Positions 22,243 through 35,865 of a DNA stretch of 64,000 nucleotides are shown here, piece after piece. A program made the translations under genes and the position numbers. Source of the DNA: Squalus acanthias (Eukaryota); contig CM059425.1 in assembly GCA_030390025.1 (NCBI GenBank), forward strand, positions 173,788,001 to 173,852,000, in the 5' to 3' direction. Within the stretch, counting starts at the first letter, position 1. Each line of letters begins with the position of its first letter. Below the pieces are notes generated by a model, which was given only the letters and a program-made list of their open reading frames with translations, did not search any database and was not told the origin of the DNA.

Positions 22243-22638
22243 TCCCTGTCCACTACTTCAGTCACCTCTTCAAAAAATTCAATCAGGTTTGTCAGGCATA
22301 ACCTACCTTTCACAAATCCATGCTGGCTCTCTGATCAACTGAAAATTTGCGAGGTGTTCGCTCACCCTATCCAGCAATTTCCCGACAACAGATGTTAGGC
22401 TAACTGGCCTATAATCCCCTGGTTTCCCTCTCACCATTTTTAAATAGTGGAGTGACATGTGCAATTTTCCAATCTAAAGGAACGGTTCCTGAATCGAAAG
22501 AACTTTAGAAGATTATAGTTAGGGCATCTGCAATGTACTCACCTACTTCCTTTAAAACCCTGGGATGGAAACCATTTGGTCCTGGGGATTTGTCACTCTT
22601 TAGTGCCATTATTTTCTTCATTACTGTTATTTTACTTA

Positions 22639-22993
22639 CAGGAAACTCTCGTTTAAACGGCACCTAAATATCTGGAATTCTCTAATAACCGGCAGAATTC
22701 ATACTCCGAAAACTACAGTATACAGTCGTTTATAAGTTTTGTTTTACTGTTAAGTAATTAAAGAGTTATGGATTACCCTCAACTGGCATTACTGTACTTA
22801 ATCAAGCATCTTCCACCATCCATTTAACACAACATTCTGTAGGGGAGTACCCAATTATACGGCACATTTCTTGATTTTTTTATTTTTGTTTGTTAAAAAT
22901 AGCCTCGGTAGATATACCTCTCCGTTATCCGGAATTTTTAATCAACCAGCACCATCCCGGTCCCGTCGGTGCCGGATACGAAAGAGTTTCCTG
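22639..22993. mobile_element. pogo/Tigger-type MITE (355 bp)
   Basis: TIRs CAGGAAACTCT / AGAGTTTCCTG and a TA TSD. Confidence 0.85.
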
Positions 22994-24091
22994 TACATTA
23001 ATTTTATTGAGTCGCTGTCCCTGATTTAGTTTCCTTGACATTTCTGGCATGCTATCCTCTTCCTCTAATGTAAATACTGATGCAAAGTAATTAATCAACA
23101 TGTCCGCCATTTCCTTATTATCATTGATAATATTACCGCTTTCAGTTTTTAAGCGGCCAACATTGCTCCTGACTACCCTCTTTTTCCTAATATAATTGTA
23201 AAAAAAAATTGTGTTGATTTTGATATCCCTTGCAAGTTTCCTTTCATACTCCCTTTTTGTAGCTCTTACTATCTGTTTTGTGACCCTTTGTATCTTTCCC
23301 ATTCGCCAGGATCTGTGCTTTTTTTTGCATTTTGTATGCTTTTTCTTTTAGTTTTATGCTGTCCCTTACCTCTTTAGTCGTCCATGGCTGTTTTTTTGGC
23401 AAGTGGAGCTCTTGCCCCTCGGGTATAAACTGGTTCTGTATCACCTTAAATTCTTTTTTGAACATCTCCCACTGGTCTTCTGTCGTTTTACCCATTAACA
23501 GATTTGCCCAGTTTACTGTGGACAGTCTCTATCTCATCCCTTTGAAGTCGGCCGTACCCAATTCTCGAATCTTAGTAGCTGTTTTGCATTTCTCCCTTTC
23601 AAATGCTACGTTGAACTTGATCATGTTATGATCGCTATTGGATAAATGTTCACGCACAGTTAGGCTGTTAACTAAATCTGACTCATTACTCATTACTAAA
23701 TCTAATATGGCATGTCTCCTTGTTGCCTCTAGGACATATTGTAGGAAACTATCACAGACACACTCAATAAATTCACTACCTTTCTGACAGGTGCTAGTCT
23801 GCTTATCCCAATCTATATGAAAGTTAAAATCCCCCATTAAAACCACTCTTCCTTTCCTACATGCTTGTCTAATCTCTGCATTTATACAATCTAGCACTTC
23901 ACACCTGCTACCAGGGGGCCTATACATAACTCCCACTACAGTCTTAAATCCTTCCTATTTCTTAATTCTACCCAGAAAGTCGCCACGGCCTGCTTACCTC
24001 TCGTTATATCCTCTCTTATCATTGAAGTGATTTCATCCTTAATCACTAAGGCTACTCCTCCCCCCCCTGCCATTTTCCCTACCTTTCCTTA

Positions 24092-24492
24092 TACCACTCC
24101 AGAGACTTGAGCACAAAAATCTAGGGTGACACTGCAGTGCAGTACTGAGAGAGCACACAACTGTCGGAGGTGCCGTCTTTTGGATGTTAAACCGAGGCCC
24201 TGTCTGCTCTCTCAGGTGGACATAAAAGATCCCATGGCACTATTTCGAAGAAGAGCAGGGGAGATATCCCTGGTGTCCTGACCAATATTTATCCCTCAAT
24301 CAACATTACCAAAACAGATTATCTGGTCATTATCACATTGCTGTTTGTGGGAGCTTGCTGTGCGCAAATTGGCTGCCACGTTTCCTACATTACAACAGTG
24401 ACTACACTTCAAAAAGTACTTTATTGTCTGTAAAGCGCTTTGGGATGTCTGGTGGTTGTGGAAGGTGCTATATAAATGTAAGTCTTTCTTTA
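24092..24492 (+). mobile_element. Deu-domain SINE (SacSINE1-like)
   Basis: GGTGCCGTCTTT..TAAACCGAGGCC..AAAAGATCCCATGGCACTATTTCGAAGAAGAGCAGGGG core and an L2-like tail. Confidence 0.7.
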
Positions 24493-24644
24493 TTGTTTGA
24501 ATATTGAACTAATGGATTTACTATTACTCCCAAGTCCGTTTCTAAGTACCCCTGTGATAATTTAATGCTGTTTGTTGTACACTGCACACTTATCAGTGTT
24601 AAAATTGATTTGCCACCTTTCTGCCCTATTGCATAATCAGTATA

Positions 24645-26760
24645 AGGCCTAGAAATTCAATAAGGCCCGAAAATGTGCAGTGGCACCGCAGGGTGAGATT
24701 TGCTCGTGCCCGTAAAAGAAATCGCAGGCAGCACGTTATTTTGGTGCTGCCTGCTGATTTGAATGATTTCAGCGCAGAGCCGAGTGACAAGCGCACTGCT
24801 TCAGGTTGTGCGCTTAGCAGGAGGCCCAATGTCGCGCCCGGATAGCGTCCCTGGAGCAAGGCTGCCTTTTCTTAAAGCAAGGCTGTCATTTTAGAAAGCA
24901 GTCTCGAGCCCTTAAAGAGGAACTGCCTTCTGAAAAAAACCCATTAAAAATCATTCCAAACTAGGCAGGCTTCAGCTCTTAAAGCTGAACTGCCTTCTGC
25001 ACTTAAAAAATGGTAAAAGTGCTTCAGCACTAACACAAATGGCTCAACAGGGCAGGGAAAGGGCACCCAGGGTCTTGCATGCCGCACTCCAGCTTTGTGC
25101 AGGGGGTCAAAAGTGGAAAAGAGGTCCTCTACCCACAGGGGGCCAGGAGGCCCTCCAGAAAGAAGGATGTGGGACCAGATTGCCGAGGCTGTTACTGCCA
25201 GCAGTGTCATCCGCAGGACTTTGCTCCAGTGCCCAAAGAAGTTTCATGATCTCAGATGAGTGGTCAAGGTCAGTGAATGCATCTTCAAAAGCCATCTCCT
25301 ACCAATTGCATCGCTAGCCTCACTCAGTGCACGATCACCCCACCACCCCACCAATCACTCACCTACCAACAATCTCTACCAAACACAAGGCACACCTCAC
25401 ATTCATAGCTTCACCGTACCCACTTGGAGGAGATGGTGCTGGCCATTCTTGGCAGGGGCATGGCTGAGTCCTTGGCCAGCGGTGCGGCTGAAAAAATACA
25501 AAATGCTGGTCTCCTCATACGTTATCCTCCTTCTCACATCCCACTGCCCCCTCATCCCCCAATATCTTCTGATGCACAAGCTGCGCATGGTGCAAGCATG
25601 CAGCTTTTGCTTTCCTGCCTTCCCCTCACCACAACCCTACCCTTGTGCCTTCCTCATTTCAGACACCCAAGAAATCCAGCCTGCCCAGTCAGCGGTTGAC
25701 CAAGAAGAGGGAGAGGAGAGTGAAGAAGAAGAAACACAGTCACTCGATTTGACACTCCCAGCCACCAGCTCCTCGAGGTCGTCTTGCAAGGCCATCTGCA
25801 GTGACCCCACTGAAAGTCAGTAGCCTTCCACCAGCCGTGCTGCAGCCACTGGGGTAAAACTGCGTGACATCTCTAGGATAGGCAAAGGCACATGTGAGAT
25901 AGTCACTAAGGGAATGCACAAGGGTGAATAGTTGATTTTTTGATGTAATATTGGATGCATGTATGGATAAAGCTGGATTGAAAGTTTGCTTTGTGGTGGC
26001 TTTTATTTCAGCATTGTGGCCAAGAGGACGCTGTGATGGTCAGTAACAGAGGGAAGGTAAGGTGTGGAACAGATGTTGAAAGGGGAATTGGGGTTGTGTT
26101 CACTTGTACTGCAGGCAGATGATTCGCTCCTGGATATCCCGGCCAGAAAGGGACTGTCTGGGTTGCATCCTTCCTTCTGTTTCCTCCTCTTCTGCGTCTT
26201 CCTCTTCTGCTCCTTCCTCTTCTGTCTGCAAGCTGCTTGTCCCCTTTGCTGCCTCTGCTTCATCTCCATGTGCCCCCCAGGACTGTGAGAAAGTGGTCTT
26301 CTCAGAGGTCTTCCTTTAACATCCAAAGTCCAGCAGCACTCCCTGCACACTTTAACTACTTTTTAAATGTATTGCACCTAGCCACTACTTCAATAAAATA
26401 TTTAAAAAACTACTCCAAAAGCTGAAATTGAAATATACCTGAAAGATGTGTGTCTCCCTTTAAGAAGCGCTGACAGCATCTCTGCAGTACTGCTGCACGC
26501 ACGTTCTTCTGTGCGTGGTTATGGCATGCGGCGATGTCCAAAATCACAGTCATGCGTCAAATTAGGTGTTGCAGGCCGATTGACGTCATGATCTGTATAT
26601 TTGCATTGGAGAGGCGAGTGCTGGCAGTGGCGGCGCTATCCACCTCTTCAAAATGGCGGCCGCCTTGTCCCACGCCGGAAACAGGCGGAAGCAAGACAGC
26701 CGCAGTTTTTTGAAGGGAAATGGCATTAACGTTCAGAGCTAAGGTAGGGAATTTGCCGGC
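24645..26760 (+). mobile_element. Degraded Harbinger deletion derivative
   Basis: Starts GGCCTAGAAATT and contains a frameshifted Myb remnant (MAQQGRERAP.., 25039). Homologous to 5216-7100. The right end is uncertain. Confidence 0.7.
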
Positions 26761-26800
26761 GATTATCTTTTGATCCATCCCTTGATTTCTGTAGAAAGCT

Positions 26801-29800
26801 GGGGCTCGATTTTAATTCCCGAGGTGGGTTGGAGTCGGGTTGCATGGTGGGCGGGTTCCGGAGCCGCTTCTGGCGGGATCAGCTGCAGATATCCGATTTT
26901 GATTCAATGAGCTTATTAATGTCAAGGAGGCGCGCTGGCCGGTCCAGTGAGTGGGATCGGGTCGGCTGGCCGCCTCTGATGATGTCATAATTGCAGCTGC
27001 TTTTAAAGCTGCCATTCAGTCTAAGCCTTTCTCTTGTGGATTCCTGGACTTGATTTATACGCAATGACTTCTTCCAGAGGCAAGGCAGCTCCTCGTTTTA
27101 ATGATGAGTCCCTCCAAGTTCTTGTGGATGCTGTCAGAGGGCGCAGGGAGATTTTCTTCCCTCCTGATGGCCGGATTAAGCCTCCTCAGCAGTCCAAGGC
27201 AGCCTGGTTGCGCATTGCTCAGGAGGTGAGCGCAAGGTCCATGGATCCAGTGCCGAAAAAGGTTTAATGATCTTGTGCGAACAACAAAAGTGAGTATCCC
27301 ATCAAACTTGCCTTCAATCTGCTTCCCTTCTCTTCTCATCACTAGCACTCTGCGTTGTAAGCCTCCTCCTTCACATCCCACCTTACTCTTACTTCCCTTG
27401 CACCTTTACCTATCCATCTGTCTCTGCACTGAATCTCTTCAGCATCCTGCCTATGCACCCCTTAGACTCGTTCTCACTGTCATGCAGTGACAACAACTAA
27501 CAACGCACAGGGAGCTAACTTCCTCTTGGCACCTTACCCCATCTTCGTCTCCCTCAAAGCTTCTATGGTAGGGATTATTCACACTCATTCCATCACTGTG
27601 GCTGTAACACTGCTTGTGTCCCTCCTTGCAGGAAAAGATAGCCCACAATTAGAGGGAGAGAGCAATGACTGGAGGAGAAACACCTACCCTAGCAACATTG
27701 ACCAGTGCTGAGAGGCTGCAAACGAGATTGTTGGAGGTGGCGAGGACCTGGAAGTGGGCACTGGAGAGACGGGCATACTGGAGGAAGCTGGTGACATAAT
27801 AGAGTTTCATCCCTCTAGAGAATCGCATTGTATCATCTGCTCAAAAGGATGTGTCTGCTGCATCAATATCAGATGTCTAAATCATGCCTTTACTCTCTCA
27901 CAGGACCATCGAGCGCCCCCCTTCCCACGATCCAGGACGAAGAACCAGACAACTCCTCAGAGGAACCTGAAGCCTCTGAGGGACCAGCATCACCAGGACT
28001 CAGCGCACCCAGCACCAGCGCAGCAACACACACCTCGGTGGGGCCATCGCGAGTTAGAGTAGTGTTGCCACCTGGTCTATCACAGCGCACAAGTGAGCAT
28101 CAGCAGATGGTGGAGACAGCGACAGCAGTGGAGAGTCCTCGGCGGAGGTCGCAGGACTCTCCTAGCTCTGCTGAGCTGCTTGCAGACACTGCCTCTGGGG
28201 CCATCCAGAAAAAGAGCGGTTCGGGAAATACAGGAACAAGTGCAGGTGTCTCTGGAAGGGTTAGTGTGAGTGTGGAGAGAATGGAGGAGTCCATCTGTAG
28301 CATCAGCACTGCCGTGGTGGAGGCAATGGTGCATGAACGCACCACCATGGATAGGATGGCAACCTCCGTGGAAAGGTTGGCTACCTCAGGAAAGGATGGC
28401 TACGGCCATGGAGGAAATAAGTTGCCAGAGTCAGGAAAACATGGTGACTGTTCAGAATAGAATGACATTTCTGGAGGAGCGATGGGCAACTATTGAGCAG
28501 AGACCAGAGCTTCATGGACGTCCTTTTGAGGAGGACTGCCAGTGCAGATACGGGTCCTCATGGTCCCCCTGAAGTGCAGCAAGGTGCTCTCCAGCCACTT
28601 GCCAGTACTGAGGTGCGGCTGACCCACGAGAGGGATGTTGTTGGCAGGACAGAAGAAATCTTGAGCTCCTCTCAAAGCGTTCACACGACCATGCCACTGC
28701 GGAGCCCTCGGTCAGAGACCCACTTTGCGGAGACAACTTAGATGGCCATTTCAGCCCCTGTACAACCGCAGGAAGAGCAGACTGTTGAAGAGCCCTCCCA
28801 TGCTCCCAAACCCAGAGGACGCCTGCCAAAGGCGCCTAAGCAGGCGCAGCATCCTAGTCAGCAAGGTGCCTCTACATCTGCTGAAGCCACAGGGGAAGCA
28901 CCATGTAGAAGCACGCATAAGAGAAAGATTAAGCACCTATAGTCACAACGGGAGTCACTTGGGTGAATTATATATTTTTTCTGACTCTTGCTGGTTTATT
29001 ATCCTTTTGTCATGTGTAAAAGATAAATTATGTCAAACAGTTGATTGTGTTATGGGAAATGGCAAAAGCGCATTGAGGGCTCAGGGCGACTTGCTTTTGT
29101 AATGCTGATGGTAAAAGTGATAGGAAATAACCGGGTATAGCAGAGATGATGTATGACGTTGGACAAGTGTCGCCTGCAATTACAGAGCCATTTGGTTGCC
29201 ACCTATGGTTGAAGAGTAAGCTTATGCTAATGTGGCATGGCATTGTGCATACCCTGCTTGACGGGCAGCAGTGAACTGGAGGGATGCTGCATTGGTCACA
29301 ACAGGGCATGCAAGGCGTCCCTTGTCGTCCTCCTCCTACTCCTCTTCCCAGGAAGATCTGCGCTGAGCCACGCGGCTGCTACTCCTCCGATTATGAGGAC
29401 CAGGATGAGAGGGCATAAATGTTTCCCATCCCCTTGCTATAGATTTAATTTGAGGCAACAATCTTGCAAGCGCACAGTCGAAGTGGCCTGAAATTATTCT
29501 ATTCATGTCACACTGCAGATGTGTGTCAGCTTAAACATTCAGAAGGTCAGTAGATGTGCAAAATGTTATCCCATACCTACAACAGTAAAGTTGTTTCATT
29601 TCAATGTCAGACATGTTTCAGGGCGCTTTTAAAGCGCTCCACCAGTGTATACAAATCATGTCCTCCAGCAACTTGTCTCCTTGAACCTGGCTTGTTTCTG
29701 ACAAGTCGGGAAACAGGAACCAGAAGCAGGAAAATGGGAAACCACTATGAAAATAGGATTAGCAAGGCAGTTAACAGGCTGTTAACTGCCTTAACTACCT

Positions 29801-29958
29801 GTCTCACCGGTTCCAGACAGGTTAGTTTGGGAGCGGCTAAACAGACACTCACGAAAATTGGGTGGGGGGTGGGTTGGGTGTCTGAAGCCATTTTTTCCGA
29901 TTTTCGCAACAGACCCGCCTCCAAACCCGCCTCCTCAGGGCTATTAAAATCGAGCCCC
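26801..29958 (+). mobile_element. Harbinger derivative retaining the Myb gene, transposase largely deleted
   Basis: Perfect 16-bp TIR GGGGCTCGATTTTAAT. The TSD is imperfect. Confidence 0.85.
27064..28942 (+). pseudogene. Three-exon Myb/SANT partner pseudogene
   Basis: MTSSRGKAAPRFNDESLQVLVDAV.. has a frameshift before KRFNDL and a GTGAGT donor. Exon 2 reads EKIAHN* (stop). The basic tail is RSTHKRKIKHL*. Confidence 0.8.
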
Positions 29959-31074
29959 TAGTTTGGTTTGTGTTTAATAAGATATGTAATTTCACAACTG
30001 CCTATTCTGAGCAGTAGCAGAATTAATTAATGCAAAACCTGCTACCAAGTCTGTTTGTCTTGCATCTGCCATCTGATGTTGAGAGACTGCACAAGCATTG
30101 TTTTCTTGCCCTCATTAGACAGCTGGGCTACAAAACATATGGAACCACTGACTGCCAAGGTATAAAGTTACATTCCATGTTACTTCCCCCCCAAAAATAC
30201 AGTGAGAGATCAGATGTGTAGCTTGTCACCAGATTGAAGCATCATGGCAGGGCAATAACACAAATTCAGAGGCAGGATAGATTTTCAAATGAGTATTCGC
30301 AGCATAGAGTTTCGTCTGATGGGAACGTCTATCAAGAATTGAGGTGTAGATGACAGCATCACTGCACAATTTCCAGTCCATTAAAATTAAATTTTGCAGA
30401 CCACACTGATAACTGCACCTGAATTCCTAACATATATACTCATATTGCACAAAGCTCTGTACCAGGAGCACTAATTCATAAAATCCATTCCATATTTGTA
30501 CTTACTTTTTTCCTATTTAAGGGACAGGTGTATCTGAAATTGAATTGGGAGAACTGGGTGGCACAGTGAGTTAAACACTGACATTTCACCTCTGGGACTT
30601 GGGTTTAAATCCAATCCAGACTAATGTGGTAAACGTCTCCTCTGGTTGCTGGTTGTAAAGGTCTTGTGTGAAATGTGTTTGAGCAGTCTCAATCCACAGG
30701 CCACTGGAAGGCTGGTGTGGGAAATAGAAAAAATGGTACACTGGCACAGTAGGGATTGATGGGATGAAAGTCTCCTCTCTCTATTGACTGTAACATCCTG
30801 TGTAAAATTATGTGGGCCACGATGATAACTGTTCTGCGGCTGGAGTAATCGCAGGATTTTTTGGTATATCATTGTCTAGTCCTTTAGGAAATGCACTTAT
30901 GTTACCTTTCCAGGATCAAGCTTGATGCTTTGAGGAGAAACAATAATCCCAACTGAAGAGTTGGAGGTTCTGCTGCAGGAAGTTCATAAAAGGAGGCGAC
31001 TCTCCAGTTATAAGTACTTGTGGAAGCTGCGTGCAACAAGGTCACCCAGATCCGTCACACCTGGCTGCAAATGA

Positions 31075-32300
31075 AGAAAGTAACAACTTGCATTTATATA
31101 GCGCCTTTCACATCTTCAGAGTGCTTTGCAGCCAAGGAATTGCATCTGAAGTGTAGTTACTATTGTTTTGTTGGTGATCCAGAAGGCAATTTGGGCAGAG
31201 CAGGATGACATAAACAGCAAACTAGATAAATGACCAGTTAATCTATTTTTTTTTTTGGTGGCATAGGTTGAGGAATAAATGTTGCCCAGGACACTGGTAG
31301 AACTCACAGCTTTTCTGCTGTGGGATCTTTTACATCCATCTGAGCAGGCAGAGGGATCGCAGTTTAATGTTTTGTTTGAAAGACAGCACCTCCGACAGTG
31401 AAGCAGTTCCTCAATACTGAACTGACAGTCAGTCTAGATTATGGGGTAGAAATTAGGTCGCGCCCCATTTGGGGCGCAAATATCGTCCGGACGCAAATAT
31501 TAGCGCCTGGCGCTAATTATCGGCACTGACAGGAAACTTCACTTTTACCGCCCCGGGAGGTGAGTGGAGCGCTAAAGCAGGCGCTGCACACCTCTCTTAA
31601 GGCGCAAAGGCCGAGCAGTGAGGCGCTAACTCGGAGCGCTGGCGAAGCTCATGTAATGTCAGTCAGCAATGGAACACACACACAATGGCACGGGCCAGTT
31701 CTTAAAGGGGATGGTTAATCTTGCTTTCCATCCACATCCTGTTCATTGCTGCCTTGAATCTCGGCCTGGAGAGACTTGCACATCAAATGTGCTGGAAAGA
31801 ACAATGGAGAGTACCAGGCAAAGAGCTCAGAGTGCAGCTCCCACAGTCTCTGCTAAATCGATACAAGGAATGGCAAATCAAAATGAACCTGCAAAGTGCT
31901 GCTCAGTACCCAAAACTCCTTCACACAATGTTGAATCTCTCCAGAAGTCTCTCCCTCTCTCTCTCAGAATGCGTAGTTCAAAAATGCCACCAACAATAAA
32001 AGACAGGAAGAGGCCCCCTTTAAATAGCGCCCCCCCCAGCCACACAGCGATTGATAGCGTTCCAGTCTTCTGGTCGTTGGAAGCGCCAGGCGGTAAGGCA
32101 GGGGGCGCCACTCAATTTCCGCTACGGGGCGCCACAAGGGCGTTGCACCATGGAATGACGTCACAATCTGCGCGCGCAGGTGGTCGCAGCGGTAAGTTTT
32201 AGCGCCGCCGCACAATCTCAAGTTAAGTTCTATGTGTTTAAATTCTGGAGTGGGGCTTGAACCTGTGACCATCTGACTCGGAGGCAAAAGTGCTATCAAG
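31075..32300 (-). mobile_element. Deu-domain SINE split by a Harbinger MITE
   Basis: Reverse-complement homology to 24092-24492, interrupted at 31443-32230. Confidence 0.65.
31443..32230 (-). mobile_element. MITE derivative of the 9099-13494 Harbinger family, one end missing
   Basis: Near-identical to both ends of the autonomous copy but lacks the ~105 bp equivalent to 9099-9203. TAT on both flanks. Confidence 0.85.
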
Positions 32301-35300
32301 GAAGTTTGCTGGTATCAGGAGGAAGACAAAGTGTGCGTTTCACTGCTCCACTTATTTCTTGGGCTCGCCAAGCATGGCAAAACGTAACTTGGGAACTCCC
32401 ATACTCTTCAGGGAGTAACATTGCCTTTTTGCACACAGTCTTTTATTGTGCCAAATCCTACTGGCACACTTTTCTTGCATGTGTAGATGGCAGACAAGGA
32501 ACAGCAACCAACTGAGATATTTCTATGTTAGGGGTTTCTCAGTAGGGTCATCAGCCATGGATGCAGAGGTTAGCTCGCGTCGCATAAGATCTAATTTCTC
32601 GCAGTTTCTTCTTCAAAAAATAACGACACTGTCGTATAATGAAGCAATATGGCTGCATGCATACTGATGTTTTTATGGAACATTAATATTCATATTGGCA
32701 ATGGATATGATATAAAAAAATGATGTCCATATATATGCTAACCACAGCACCCTGCACTTAACGGAGCTCTGTCACATCTTTGGATTGTCTCAGGGTGTGG
32801 AAGAAAAATAATGACTCACTAAATTGAAGCTGTCTCCTATTTAAGAGATATGCTTATACTATATTAAAAAAACGTAAAGAACAACCAAAAGTACTCTTCC
32901 TAGACTTTCAGGGCTAGAAATTAGGCTCCGTAGCACCTGATTTTTCGGCGCTACGGATGCCGTTTTGTATCAGTCATGCAGTCATCTGCAAGGTCCCGTG
33001 CAGGCCACTCACCCGCTTTTACATTGTAGGTACCGCGCATGCCCAAAGATTTGAATAGGTCGCGCACTGGAGGAAGCAGGCCACACAGGAGGCAGTGTGG
33101 CTCACCGGCGACATTGATTAGGAGCGTGCGCCGGAAGTATGTATAGTGGGTAGATCGTGACGTTATTCAGCGTGCAACGCTGATTTGACGCCAGTGCTGC
33201 CATTTTCAGCCTCAACACTGGAGCTAACAGCAGTAGCAAGGACCCCCCCCCACCAGAGATATTTAAAGGGATAAGCAACCACTCTCAGGTTAGATGCTGC
33301 TTAATTTCTACTGGCTCTTTGTAAGTTTGTAGAAGTGTTTGGTGCTTTCCAGAGTTGTTTTAAGTTGGTGAGGTGACAGGGAGTGGTGCCGCAAGTGGAA
33401 GTGGCCTTGGTTCTGACTTCAAGGGTTCTGGTCAGACCACTTGCTCCCAGTCATGGGTGCTGTTGTTGCCACCTCCCTTGGCAGGCAGCATGACAGGAAG
33501 CTGGAGCGGAGGCAGCAAAGAAGAGGACAAGCTGCTCGCAGAGGGAGGAGGGAGGGAGGAGGCAACCAGCACATCACCTCTCCGGTCGGACTATCCGTGT
33601 TCGCCTCATTTGACTACAGTTCTACTGATCACAACCCCAAATCCCTATTGTACAACAGTCACACACCTTGCCATCCCTCTGTTCTGGACCATCACAGTGT
33701 CCTCTTGGCCACAATGCTGAAATAAAAGCCACTGCAAAAGAAACATTCTAATCCAACATTATACATCAATCCATCTAATATTACATAACAAAGTCAACTC
33801 ATCTCTCTTGTGCATTCCCTTAGTGCCTGTCTTCAGTGTGCCTTTGCCTGTCCTAGTGCTCCTACGCAGTGCTACCCCAGTGCCTGCAGCATTGATGGTG
33901 GAAGGCTGCTGACTTTCAGTGGGGGAGACTGCAGATGGCCTTGCAGGACGACCTCGAGCAGCTCTGGGCCTAGAAGGCCCAGCTTTAGATTGCACCACCT
34001 CGACATGGGCAGCTGCTGGCTGGCTGACAGGTAGCAGCAAGGGCACTGGCGGAGTGGCAGTGGTTGGAGGACTAATGCCATCATACTGAGAGAGGAGAGC
34101 AGGCTCGTGTTCCACGGAGCCACTACACACTCCCTGGTCTGCGCCTCAGCAATCCTAGTAATCTGTTGGTGGACAGATTGCTGGACTGCTGTGACGCCCT
34201 GCAAGCCCCTTTCCACACTCGTAAACACAGCCATGATGGCAGCAGTCTGAGCTTGCGTGGCAGCAAGCTGAACCTGCATGAGAGCAGTCTGAGCTTGCAT
34301 GACAGACATCTGAGCTTCCATTGCAGCACTCAGACGTTGGGTGGCTTCTGCATGTGCTGCACTGGAAGCTGAGACTTGGCCATCAGACGCTGCATCATGG
34401 TTGGGTCCATAAGTGTGCTAATGGAGTTGACCATCACTTCCATGCTGGAAATCATGGGCTCCAAGCTCTGCGCAAAGCCCTGTGCAAGGTTGGAGCCGGA
34501 CTCCTCTATGCCCCTTGACATTGCACTCAGGCTTCCTGGCAGGCCTGCCAATGCACCAAGCATTTCATTGTGCATACCCATCAGCGTTCTTCTGTAGGTC
34601 TCCCCATCGAAGTCATCATCTGAGTCATCTGCAGCAGAACTCGTGTGCAACCTCGCCCTCCGAGGAGCTCGCACCTGTGCTACCCTGCCCTAGCTGCGGG
34701 CCACTCGTGCCTGGTGTCTCACCACGTGCAGTTCCCGCCTCTAACTTATCCTCTAAAGCTGGTGGCTGCGAATGTGACATCGAGTGATGATGCTGTGTCT
34801 TGTGCATCACTGCTTTCTCCCTCTTCCATTTCCTGCTTCTGCACTAGTGCCTGGCCAGGTGGCAGTTCTTGGCGATCTGAAAGGAGATAGGCACAATGGT
34901 AAGGTTGTGGTGGGGGGGAAGGGGGGAAGCAAGTGGTGCATGCTTACACCATGTGCAGCTTGTTTTTTTTTTTCATTCATTCATGGGATGTGGGTGTCGC
35001 TGACAAAGGCAGCATTTATTGCCCATCACTAATTGCCTTTGAGAAGGTGGTGGTGATCAGCCTTCTTGAACCACTGCAGTCCATGTGGCAAAGGTACTCC
35101 CACAGTGCTGTTAGGGAGCGAGTTCCAGGATTTTGACGCAGCGACAATGAAGGAACGGCAATATATTTCCATGTCAGGATGGTGTGTGACTTGGAGGGAA
35201 ACTTGCAGGTGGTGGCGTTCCCATGCGCCTGCTGCCCTTATCCTTCTAGATGCTGGAAAGGCTTTGGGGAGTCAGGAGGTGACTCACTTGCCGCAGACTA

Positions 35301-35738
35301 CCCAGCCTCTGACCTGCTCTTGTAGCCACAGTATTTATGTGGCTTGTCCAGTTAAGTTTCTGGTCAATGGTGACCCCCCCAGGATAATGTTGGTGGGGGA
35401 TTCGGCGATGGCAAGGGGAGGTGACTATCTTGTTGGTGATAGTCATTGCCTGGCACTTGTGGTGCAAATGTTACTTGCCACTTATCAGCCCAAGCCTGAA
35501 TGTTGTCCAGGTATTGCTGCAGGTGGGCACGAACTACTTCATTATCTGAGGAGTTGCAAATGAAGAGCACTGTGCAGTCATCAGCGAACATCTCCACTTC
35601 TGACCTTATGATGGAGGGAAGGTCATTGGTGAAGTAGCCGAAGATGGTTGGGCCTAGGACACTGCCATGAGGAACTCCTGCAGCGATGTCCTGGGGCTGA
35701 GATGATTGGCCACAACAACCACAACCATCTTCCTTTCT

Positions 35739-35865
35739 CACTGTACCTGACGAAGGAGCAGAGCTCCGAAAGCTCGTAATTTCAAATAAAACTGTTGGAC
35801 TATAACCTGGTGTTGTGCGACTTCTCATTTTTGTCCACCCCAGTCCAACACCGGCATCTCCGCAT
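35739..35865 (+). mobile_element. 127-bp Penelope-like tail with hammerhead motif
   Basis: 13-bp TSD CATCTTCCTTTCT. UAC-CUGACGA-A-GGAGC aga GCUCC-GAAAGCUC-GUA at 35744-35778. Confidence 0.7.

Larger units (their letters stand above)
20548..24090 (-). mobile_element. CR1 LINE, degraded ORF2 (APE + RT) with nested insertions
   Basis: GVMYRPPG, LMGDFNF, SNSDHN, YMDFQKAFDKVPH and KFADDTK. Confidence 0.9.

Noticed and set aside
30550..30630. tRNA-like A/B box sequence
   Set aside because: No cloverleaf. Probably a decayed SINE head.
30950..31080. Myb-like peptide traces (LEVLLQEVHKRR; HTWLQMKK)
   Set aside because: Too short and degraded, with no termini. At most an old relic.
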